Assembly (NCBI GenBank): GCA_008632985.1
Contig: QPGO01000161.1
Coordinates: forward strand, 62,001 to 126,000
Length of the DNA stretch: 64,000 nucleotides
Source: Psammoneis japonica
Lineage: Eukaryota
Reading direction: 5' to 3'
Both the position numbers and the translations under genes were made by a program. Below the pieces are notes generated by a model, which had not been told where the DNA came from, searched no databases, and saw only the letters and a list, made by a program, of their open reading frames with translations. Of the stretch, positions 11,569 to 22,575 are shown piece after piece (position 1 is the first letter of the stretch; every line of letters starts with the position of its first letter).

Positions 11569-14500
11569 TTGTCCCAAGGAGCAAATTGGCACCCGACCTG
11601 GGTGCAGCAAGCAGCTCACAATGCTCCGTTGCAGAATGCGTGGTCAGAGGGCCAACTGCTTGGAAGACGACAACAAATGAATCTGCAACTCCAAACCCAA
11701 ACGCAAAATTGGGAGGACCCGCAAGGATGGCACCTGTTTGCACGATGGCAAGAAACCCCCCTCACCTCCCACCTTCTGCCTTTCCGCCTGTGTCTGTCGT
11801 CTCAATGTCTCTTCTCACACCCCATGATTGTTCACGACCCACCAGAGCCTTCCTTGACCGTTCCCAACAAGAAGGCCAAGCCTGCATCTCGCAATGAACA
11901 AGCCCCTCCATCGCTTTCTGGCAATGTTCCGTCATCTGGGGAGGCGCACCGGACTCTCACCGCCGACCTTCCGTCACTCTCAGAAATTGTGGAAAACCTA
12001 AAACCTGCTTCTACCTCCAAAGGTCCTTCGTCCAAACCTCATTCCTCTCCTCCTTCTGTTTCAGCTGATCCTCCCGCGGTTACGTCTCCTCCCAGTGACC
12101 CTGACGACATGTCGTGGCTTGACCTGTCCACACTCCGTGATCGCTTTGACCCGTCCAAGTGTCGACCCGTCACCACCGAGGAAGTTTCTTCTCATTTGTC
12201 ACACCTGCACATCATTGACAAAGCCACCGACACTGATCAGGTGCTTCATCATTCCGCCACCGACTTTTGCCTGGCGGACAACTTGCGGGAAAACTGGCAC
12301 ACGTTCTCAAACAATGCGCCATCATGTGATTCCACCACCGCATCTCGTGTTCGAACGGAGCACCCTCCTGACCTTGATCACTTCTCTGAGGAACTCTCCG
12401 TCGCCCGTCAGGCTAACTCTCTGTACAAAGGGCACTTCGGGTGCCTTCGTGCATGCATTCCTGCCCTTCTTCCACTTGTTTTGTTGAAGGGAGAGTCCGA
12501 TTTGACACGTGACGGACCGGTTGCAGTTCAAAACGGCGAAGCACGCAGGATAAAGTTCGGTTGTGCTGGGAGAGCGCATCACCCCAAGACGCCTGGTTCT
12601 GCCAAACAGGCCAAACCAAAGGCCACTTACGGACTTGTTGTCTTTGAGCCCGATGACAACTTTGACGCCAACGAGACCTCCAAAATCAAGGTGATGGCAG
12701 CCGACATCCTTGACTCGATTCAGCTTTGCGAAAATGAGGTAGAGCTGAAAAAACTGAGCAATCCACCACCATTTAACTGGTCCCTTCGGTGCGAGGAACA
12801 CTTGCAAAAGTTGGGCAACGAAATGGGCTGTCCATTCTTCAAACGTGAGGACGTCACCATGCAGGGATTGTGCATTTCCCGGGGTCAAGACTGTGATGGT
12901 CACCGTGACAATAAAAACTGCATCTGGCGTTGACACAGGAAGACAGCTGCAGGTTGCTTCTTTGTCATGGATGCCTTTGGCAACATCTGGTCCTTCAAGG
13001 TTGTCACCAACAGCAGAGCCACCATTGGTGAATGCTGCGACGACCAGTGCGACATGAAGCCCATGCTTGCTCGCATGCACCACAATCAAGCTCAGCTTGA
13101 TTTCGCACTTAAAGACTTGGACTTGCAGCACGATGGTCCCACCCACCCCGATGTGTCTCTTTCCAGCATTGCATTCAAGCATCTTTCCCTTGACGACAAC
13201 AGGCCGTGGGACAATGTTCTCATTGGTGGAGGTGGCGACTCTTCACATGTCGAGGTGCACATGGATCGACTCAAGTTCCCGACTTTCCCAGTCAGGGACT
13301 TCCACTTGTCTGCCCCAGTCACAGTGATCTGCCGTTTCAAGAACATTGTGTGCCGATCGGGTCCCGACCCAAAACGAGTCATTCGTTTGGCGATCCATGC
13401 TGGCTGTCCCACCGGATGTCACCGATTTTACTGTGTGGGGGACAAGCATCTTCCTGACCTTTGTTGCGAAGGTGCTGACCCGTTTGTCAACTTTGCCGAT
13501 TGCTTGCAGAACACATTTGGGGTGCCACACGGTGACCCACAGGTGGGTGGGATCAGCCCTGCCAATTTGACTTACGAGAAATTTTGCGATGCATTTCTAG
13601 ACCCTTGTCACGTCGGAACCGCGAATGACCTGATTGACGCAATGGTGGAAGAAATCTGTGCTGCACTTCTCTGGATAAACAACAATGTCGACACCAACGA
13701 GTTCTGTCCCAACTTAATGGAACAACGGTGCAAGGCAGCGTGTGATGCTTGGGCAGACCGGGGAGCAGATCTCAGTGAGATTCGTCTCATGTTGGTGCTG
13801 CAATGTCTGGTGCTGGCAGGTGTGGCAGTGAAAGACCATCCAAGACTCAACGACATCATCTGTCCTGTCTTCAATTCGGGAGCTGCCGCACAACTGGGGC
13901 ACATCCAACCGGAAGAAAGGCCGCTCATGCACCAAAGGATGTCATCCGAAACAGGAACCGAAGAGCACGGTTGGAACGGAACCGAGCACAAACTTTGTGA
14001 GAATTCAGACAATCGCTGCACCTGCGTTTTTGATTGTGTTTTCCAAGGACCCTGTTCAGGACAAGACCTGTTTACCTTCTCTCCCTCTGGCCAGCATCTC
14101 CGCAAGCCATGTGGGTCAACCGAGTGTGAAATTTTGGAGTGTGTTGATGACGACCCCAACCTTTGCCAATCACAAGACAATGCTGAATCGCACACATTTG
14201 TGCGTGAATCAGCCGTGCAATCAGATGGTGCCAGTGTTTTCTCTGTTGTTGATGGACCACCCGCGGACAATGAACTTAGCTCATTGTCATCGGAGGAGTC
14301 TAGACTCACCGCAAACAATGAACTTAGATCATTGTCTTTGGAGGATTGTCGACTTGACGCGGAGAAAGAACTAAGTTCATTGGATTCGGAGGAGTCTCGA
14401 CTCGCCGCAGACAATGAACTCAGCTCATTGTCTTTGGAGGAGTCTGTGTTGTCGGAGGACTGCTCGTGTCCTGATTCTGACTGCCGCGTTCCAATTGTCA

Positions 14501-14805
14501 CGGTAGATTCTGTCATCCTTCAGTTGCAGGATCAAGAATCCGATGAAGATGATGCAAGTAACGCAACCGTGCACGATCGACCCGAGCCACCGGTCCTTTC
14601 ACAAGTGCAAGATTTTGACATGGACAAACATGTGAGTGCCATTTTTGCGCAAGTCTGTCAACAGCCGAAGAACTCCTACAATTGTTTGGTGTCATGTTTT
14701 TCACAAATCTCAATCCGCAACATGACTCCTCCTGTGCTTTTGTTTCACATTGTCATGTCATCCCCAGTCAAGACGGAGGTGCAAATGTCCTGTGGCTTTG
14801 CATGA
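11569..14805 (+). pseudogene. Element A ORF2: large protein with HxDxKN motif and E-x-x-LCE helical region; candidate DNA-modifying enzyme
   Basis: ORFs 11569-12933 and 12967-14805 are in the same frame, separated by one TGA. Ser/Pro-rich N-terminus, DCDGHRDNKNC at ~12890-12921, NSGAAAQL...TEHKLCE at 13873-14001. The function call is inference. Confidence 0.6.
14262..14445 (+). repeat. Coding tandem repeat, 48-bp (16-aa) unit x~4
   Basis: Units start at 14262, 14310, 14358, 14406 (ADNELSSLSxEESRL). Confidence 0.9.
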
Positions 14806-15566
14806 CGAGGCCTGTCATGGCCGGAAACCTGACATTGGATGAGACATGTTCGGACCGTGGCGTGGAGGCCATCCGATCCACTCAGCAAAGAAGAGATGAG
14901 GCAAGGTGTCAAGTCGTTCAGGATCTCCACACGAACTCAAATGTTCGTGCTTGCACTGTGTCCCTGCAGGATGGCAGCCCCGCTTGTCACTTGAATTGCA
15001 ACACATCCGCCAAGAATTTTGCCCAAAGGGTCAAGACGCGGTTTGGAACCGTGATTGATTTTAAGAAAAGTGGCTTTGTTCAGATCTGCATGGACCACTG
15101 CTGGATGCAAAAAGGGGAGTGGCTGCAGTCGACACTCGGAAATTGCTTCTTTGGCAAAAACCCAAGGGATGTGATGGAGACGTTGTTTCATCCAAAGCTC
15201 CAGAGGTGCCGCGTCATAATCCCGTGCACCATTTGGTCACCAACCCAAACCGCGCGCAATTTGGATGACATTTTGGAACACGCAATGGTGCAGGCCATGA
15301 CGCAGGACATGGCATGTGAAATGGTGATGCTCTGCCAGGCTTCCCAGGAGACCATGGAGGAGCACCGTGTGGATTGGCTGGGAAAACCATCTGACCAGGA
15401 AGCATTACATTTGGGAGTCACGGAACAGGAAATTCGGGAAGCGCTGCCACATGAAGAAGCTAATTCAGTCCTAGAGTTCCTACGAGAGTGTGGAAATTGC
15501 AACCCGAAGGAACCGTTCCTGTTCCTGTCCTTCGAGAGGAGAATTCCGAATGGAGGGATGAGTTGA
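14802..15566 (+). pseudogene. Element A ORF3 (or downstream exon of ORF2), unknown
   Basis: Long open frame with protein-like composition inside the element; no recognised family. Confidence 0.35.
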
Positions 15567-15712
15567 GGAAATGGCCCAGGAGTTGTTTGCCATGCCAGTT
15601 CCCAGTCGGATTTGTGAGTGGATGGTTAAAGTGGGTGAGTGAACGTTGTCTCTGTTGTCCTTGTCGTCCCGATTAAGTTTTCCGCTGCTGTTGTAGAATG
15701 CTCACATGCTTT

Positions 15713-18700
15713 TCACCTGCTTTTGTGAAACAGCTCTCCCCACGCATTTCTGTGGTCTTGAACTGCCCAAACATGCTTTGTCCTGTCGTGTGTCTCAGCA
15801 ATGCCGGGTTGCTCCTCACACACCAACAATTTGTCGCCAACTGCGTCGATGGGCACCAAGAAAAGCTTGGGTGAGTGCACTGTTTGTTCAGTGGAGGACA
15901 AGTTGTTGTTCTTCACTTGGTCCAATTGACAGCGACTAACCAGGTCGGTGTGTTGCATTCGTTCAACCATGGTGCGCTTGTCAGGCTGGTGCATGCAAGG
16001 GTGAACGACCGCATGCAAGTCACCGTCACTTTCCCTTTGGAAGAAACAGCAAAGTCTTGACGGGAAGCACAATTCCCCCCCAGTTGTGCCAAAGTTGACA
16101 TTCGCCCAGTCGTGAACCGGTCCTTTGCTGTTGCAGTCTGGGTGTGCGCGGCAAGTGTCTTTCCCGTTCTTGTGGTGGAATTCGGTTTTGCAAACAAGGT
16201 TGACGGTGAGGTTGCCTCCTGCTCCAACGCATTCCCTCCACTTCTTTTGAAAGAAATGGAGCAGGACCAGGTGAACCTGACATTGTTTTTGCTTTCCGTG
16301 CCAGAGAAAGCTTGCTGCATTGTTTGTCACACTGCAGGTGATGGCAAAGGTGCTGCCACCCAGTGTGTGACTGTCATCACCACGTGCAACGTCCTTTCGT
16401 CCAACTCTCGATGTGATCCATGGGTTGGCCGACAACGCACGGTGCACCGTCATTTGGTCTTGCATGCGTGACACAACCTGACCCAGGAAGATGCCAAAGC
16501 TGCGTTGTTGTGCCGTGGCAGATGGCAATTTGAAAAAATCCTCAAACAAAGATTCTCCAAGACCAGCATCAAAGTTCATGGCATGACAGAAATGACGTGG
16601 AAAGATTGGAAGGTGAAGAAGCTCATGAAGTTTTTGCAGCTTCCACCCAGCCCCTTCATGTCCAGGGGAGCAATGCACAACACAAGACACAAGCAACCGA
16701 ATTTTCTTTGTGATTTTGGTCAGGTCAGTTGTGTCGGTCGGTGGGTCGCCAAGTCAACACCAAGCATGGAAGGCAAGCAGGTCTTCCAGCAACTGGACAT
16801 GTTGCCTGGCACTGCAACCAAGGGGCTTTCTCTTTTTTTTCCTTTTGCATTGATTGTGGCTGTCACCTTCATCCTCGGACTCGTCCGGTTGTTGTTCCAC
16901 ATGATCGTCTTCATCCCTTTCGTGCGGATCATCTGTTCTGTTGTTGGAATGATGATCGTTGCCATTGTCGCACTCTTCCGGCATGTGATCTTGGTCTTCC
17001 TGGAGAAAACAAGATTCGCAGACATCTCTGCCTTCCTTTGTCAGCAGCAACAAACAAAAAACAAAGGCCATCCCCGCCCAATGATGTGAGTTGAGGTGGG
17101 TGAGTGATGTGGCCCCGCCCTTGAAATTGGTTCGTAAGAAAGAATTGCACGTGGATCGGTGATTGCCAAACATTTTTTCCACTGATCTGTCGACCTCGCT
17201 TCTCACTGAGTTTGTCATGCTGTCAACAAAAACACCAACCTCCCTTTTTAAAGTTCCGTTTTCAAAAAGGTGCATCATGTCGCTTGCCGTGGAAAGGGTT
17301 GCTCCGAACGGCTGTTCTCCAAAATCTGCATTGAGCAAGCTGTTGGTGGGCACATTGTGCTGCTTCATGCAATGAAGCTGCTGCAGCCAGTGGCTCCTTT
17401 CTTGCTTGTCAAGACTGAGATCATTTGCGCGGTTCTGGACTGACAACATGTCACCAGCCCTGACCAGTTCGCACTCCTTCCAAGGGTCATCAAGCTCATT
17501 GCATCCGGTCACGCAAAACCTGGAACAACGTTGGTGACAGTTCTTGGCGCCACACCCACCCACAAGGCAGTCACCACTCTTTGCATCTCCGTTGATTGGG
17601 GTCATTGTTGGAATGACATGAAGGAAACGTGTCTCATCACCGCGTCGAACGCAGCAGCGAAAGCCGCCATTTTCCATCATGTCTGGCAGAGGCTGGAGCA
17701 TTGTTGCCAACACCTTGTGACAATCCCGGATGCTTTGGCCCTTCTCCGACTTTCGAGCATCATGTTGCTGTTTGGCGGCGGAGGAGGACATTTTTTCTAG
17801 GTCGGGAATGTAACCAAGGACACACCACTTCGCTCTGTCATGCCATTGGTTGTGGGCAACATGAGCCGACGCAACTGTGATGGGTTCTCCGCAGGAAGAC
17901 GACATGGAGGCTGTCTTCCCAGTCTTGTCAACGTAAATTGTCAAACATTCGAGGAACTCTTTAAGAGGATCCGAGACCCTGGCTGCATGCGCACTTCTGT
18001 GCCACTCTCCTGCCAAAACACACTTGTCGTGCTTTCCCTTTGAGACATGCATTCCGCATGGATCGGCAGTGTCGGCGAGATTGCTGGGGTTGGCCCATGT
18101 GCAAGCATCCAGCATGAATGATTCCCACACATCTTTGAAATTCCATCGCGGAACTCTTGCTGTTGTCTCACCGCATTCCCCATTGACGCTTTCTAGGTTG
18201 ACTGGAATCATCTCGCATTCCGGACCTGCAAAAGATTCACGCAGGTTCTCCATTGGTTTGGTCCGGCAAGGGATTTGCATTCCAAGATGGAAGGTGCTGC
18301 CACAGTGTCTATCGATGAACTCGGCGATCTTGTCGTGCAGGTGAAGTGGTGCTCTGCAGTCGTCTAAGAGCTTGCGCAGCTCTGCACAAGCACCATTGAG
18401 GTTGCCAAGAGATGGCATGCGCGCAAATGCGTCTTCGGCTGGGCTGCGGTGCACCTTGCCCAATCGGCTGTCTTCACTCTGCGATTCATCTTTGTCTGAG
18501 CTGTTTGATTTGTCAGGATTTGCAACTTCGGAGCCACCCATTGTGACATCTGGCAGCGCGTCAAACAAGTTGTCTGGTGACAAGCTGGCTTCGGAAGACA
18601 AGTCCAGGGACATGTCATGAATTTCCTCGTGATGGGATTGCAACCCAAGAGCGGAAATGTCATCATCAAACGTTGGTGACCATGGTTCATCACTTCTGTC

Positions 18701-19084
18701 ATTTTCGTTGTCAGTGGACCCAAGCCCAATGTTCGCTGCTGACGCACCTCATCTGGACCGCCTCAGCCATGGCTGTGATGAGTCATCTGATGAGGAGGAA
18801 ATGTCGAGATCAACCGACCCACTTCTGCAAGAGAATTTGTTGCTGATGTTGGAAGTTTCAGCCGCAACCCTTGCTGACAACTCTGGCATTGGGCAGTTTG
18901 TGACTGCATTGCGACTTGACAAGTTGGACATCTCTTGAGCAAATGAAAAACACAGCGGGTCATGATGGAAATGGGTGAGCATCCGTTTGAAGGATCGTTT
19001 GCAACGGGGACATGCCGCCACAGACACGTTCCAGATGCAGGTGGGAATCCGTGTGACATTGGGCCCATGGACTTCTGCATGCAA
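15713..19084 (-). pseudogene. Plavaka transposase, frameshifted and eroded, with N-terminal C2H2-like finger
   Basis: Motifs IYVDKT, LGYIPDL, GDAKSGD, DMMHLFENG, GWKLQKLHELLH, NFDAGLGE, (Y>C)RAHPD(Y>C)..GPV(Y>H)DWA. CPRCKRSFKRMLTHFHH near 19010-18960. Confidence 0.85.
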
Positions 19085-19754
19085 GCTTCACAGCAAAATC
19101 ACACGGCAATTAAAATGTCAATGATCGCCAACAGAAAATGAGGCAATTTTGCGAACGCACAAACTCGCACATGATTGAAGCACATCATTTTTTACTCAGC
19201 CAGTTACATTCTTCAGACATTGAAGAATGTAACTGGCGCATTGTTGTTTCTATAAATTTGTCACATAAAACGTCTGGGGCTTTGCAAAACAGCGAGTCTG
19301 GACAATTTTTTTTAAATGTCACACGTAGAAATCTGCGTGCGAAACATGCAACGGATGACAAAAATTGTTGTTGTCACACGTCAGCACTGCAAGCTCCCAC
19401 CTGGGGCTGGAATGCGTCCACACCACCCCCACCCTGCCAACCACCGTTTCCTTCCATTTGTCATTGCAGCAGGTTTGTGGGCCACCCAAACACATGTGTG
19501 TTTGAATGGCAGCACCGGCTCAGTTCGTGAAAAGTGAAATGGTTTGGGCGGCAAGGAAGGAAAACACGACACGAATTGGCACAAAAACATGGGTGCATTG
19601 TGTTCTTCCCATCAATGAAAACATTGACAGGTGAGAATGAATCGAGTGCGTTGCAATGATTGACAACTTTGAGCATGAACAACTGATTGCAAAGGTTGTT
19701 TTTCTGCGGAAAGGAAAAAACAAGTTGTGACGTGACAAGCCGTGATGCGTTGCA

Positions 19755-21233
19755 GTGAGAAGTCTGGGAGGGGTGCACCCACACCCACTGCAGAGCCAGA
19801 CACAAATGTTGCAATCAACAATGAATGCTGTTGCACAAAATGAACGCTTGACGGCACATTGGCCAAACGACTGCTGGAGGAGATTTGAAAGTTTGACAAT
19901 CATGATGGCAGAAGGAAGGCGACAAATCATGGAATCGGAGTGCGATGCGGCTTTTGATGAATTGGATCGTTTGATGCAAAGTTCACCACAAGGCAGCATG
20001 GTGCGTTCTGATGACACGGGCACAGCTTTGATCGAGTTTGAGAGCGGCACACATGCGGTTAACCTGCACCTGCGCCATGACATGATGGACCTGTTTTGTA
20101 TGATGAACGAGGAAGACATCCAACAAAGGTGGCGGGAACTGTGGAAGCAGAGGTGCAACTGCATGGTTTGGCTGCACGAACATGTGAGTGATTGGAGCAC
20201 AGAAGCAATTGAGTGCATGCACGCCAGCACAGGCATGATCTCAATTCACGACAACCTGAACTGGTTGAATGGCGTCGTCAACCGTGGGATCAATGCTCGC
20301 CATTGCCAGGAGTGTTGGGACTGCATCGCGACTCACCAAGACAGGCAAGGAAGGATGTGCTGTGTCTGCAGTGCTCTGCACAATGAAGGAGAGAAAGAGC
20401 TGAGGGATGAATTTGCAGCGGGTGCGTGTGATGACACAAAACCAGTCATTGACAGGGGAGACGTTTCGAGATTGAGACGGAATTCGAGTGTCCTCATGCC
20501 GACCTGTGGCATGGACGAGACAGGCACTTGCGGACCGTTGGGAGAAACATCGGCGAGGGGAGGCACATGCGGACTTGTAATGGACAAGAAGGGAATTGTT
20601 TGCGATGCATTAAAGCTGGCAAAGTGGTTCCAGTGTGACATCGTGCGAGACAACCATGAAAGACTTTGGTTCTGTGAGCAAATGGAGTTCTTCAGGTCAT
20701 CTCCAGGGACAGTCAATGAATGGATGCTGGACATCATCTGGAAGGAGGATGGTGAGCAGGAGAAATTTCAAAGCAGGAGAAAGGAAAAGCGTTGGGTGGA
20801 GAGACGTCATTGTGTTGAAGTTAACGAATTCATGAGAATGGTCGGAGTTGAGACGAGGGCTTTCAACCACATGACTGACTGTTGCGACAGAGGGCGACAC
20901 ATCAAGTTGAGAGTTATGAAGTTAGAGGGTGATGACGAATTGGACCAGAGAAAACGATTTGGTGCCAAAAAGGATGGATGTGCTTGGGCCCCAACAGCGA
21001 ACCGGAATTACGTTAAAGCAGGTGAGGGGTGTGTTCATTGTAGCAAAAACAACTTTCATGGGTGCACGTTTCACAATGATGTTTTGAACAAAGCACTTTT
21101 GCAAGCAATTTACACTGTGGAAGTGGATTTCGAAATTGCAGCAAAAGAGAGGTTTGAACTGGAATTCGCAATGATTCAAAATTTTCATGAGATTGTGAGG
21201 AGTGGCAAAATGGATGAATTGTGTGCACATTAA
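19755..21233 (+). pseudogene. Element A ORF, unknown ~490-aa protein
   Basis: Long ORF; its 3' end is conserved in the sister element (50357-50779, minus). Confidence 0.6.
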
Positions 21234-21340
21234 AAGATTTGGTCAATTCTCCAACTGTGAGATTTTTGGCATTAAAGAGAGGTTTGAAAATTTTCCAACG
21301 GCGAAAATGACTGGGACACAAGGCATGGAGCCACCCACAA

Positions 21341-22575
21341 TTGGCGACAATGGCGAGGAAGAAGAAGAAAGGAACTGCGGGGGTGGCTGGAGATCAACCA
21401 ACAAGCCCAAGGCTGGCCGCAGCGTTGGTGCGGGTGGGAGCCACTGGGGATCACCAGTCTGTGAAGAGAGAGGTGGAAGAGGTGGCGCGGAAGGAACTTT
21501 TCCCAAAGGCGAAATTCCTTGTCAAGGCGGACATGGCAAGCAGTGGCAAAGTGTCGCGGCTCATCAGGAAAAAGACAGCCGGAGGAAATTACAGCAAGCG
21601 AGACTGGGCGGGAGCGTGGGAAGACTGGGCAAAGAAGTGCGTCATGTGTGCAATTAACGCGAAAAGGAGCACGGTCACTCAGGCGATCAAGAACAATGCA
21701 ACGGCTGGCAAGTGTTTTGTGGTGCACGGCATGTTGAGTGTAGTTGCACTTGACACAGCTGCACCTTCATTTGTTGAAGTCGTGTTGACAGAGAATGAAG
21801 CAGAGGAGATGCGCAGTCAGAAGCTGGCAGCAAAGGGCAGAGGTGGGAAGAAGAGCAAGAACAGGACGAAGAACGATTGCACGGAAGAGGAAGAGCCGTT
21901 CCTGGCAACTTGGGGGGAGGAGACAGTGACAACGATTGTGGAGGACAAGCGCAAGAACAAGGAAGCATGTGCTTGGTTCTACAAAAACATCCTGAAATTC
22001 ACAAAGAGCACCACCACATGGAGAAGGAAGGTGGAGTCGGGTGAGACAAAGGCAACCGGTCTGGCTGCAGTGAGTGACGAGGCTCTAGCGCTGTTGACAT
22101 TGGAAAACTGCTGGAAGAGTTGGGAGCACAAGGCACGTCATGACAAGACTGTTGTGGCAGGGGGGGGGGTTCGGACGAAGAAGATGAGGAAGAGTCGGAA
22201 CCAACACCCAAGCACACGGACCCGTCGAGGCAACGAGACTCGTGGAAAGATGCAGGGATCAAGCAATTCAATGAGCTGCTTGCGGCAGTAAAGAAAGACA
22301 GGTTGAGTGAGGAGGGCATGCAGTTCGACACATGGCACAGTGAAGGCAAGAAAAGGAAGAGTGACGAAAGAGGCAAGGGATCAAAAAGAAAGAAAAAGCA
22401 GGTGGAGGAGGCAAGAACACAGGCAACAATGGAGCTTTCAAGTGACGACAAGGAGAAGGAGGAAGAGGTGACGGACGAGAACAGAGGAGACGAGGAAAGC
22501 AACGAAGGGGAGGAGGACAGTGATGCGGAAAGCAGTGCGAGTGTAGATGCAGATGGTGAGCGAGCTGCGGCATGA
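21341..22575 (+). pseudogene. Plavaka-associated accessory protein (SDEALALLTLENxW type), one intron and one frameshift
   Basis: KELFPKAKF...INAKRS...SDEALALLTLENCWKSW...PK(Y>H)TD...QFNEL, acidic tail. Candidate intron 21708-21779 (GCAAGT..GAAG). Frameshift in the G-run at ~22160. Near-identical copy at 49087-50325. Confidence 0.75.
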
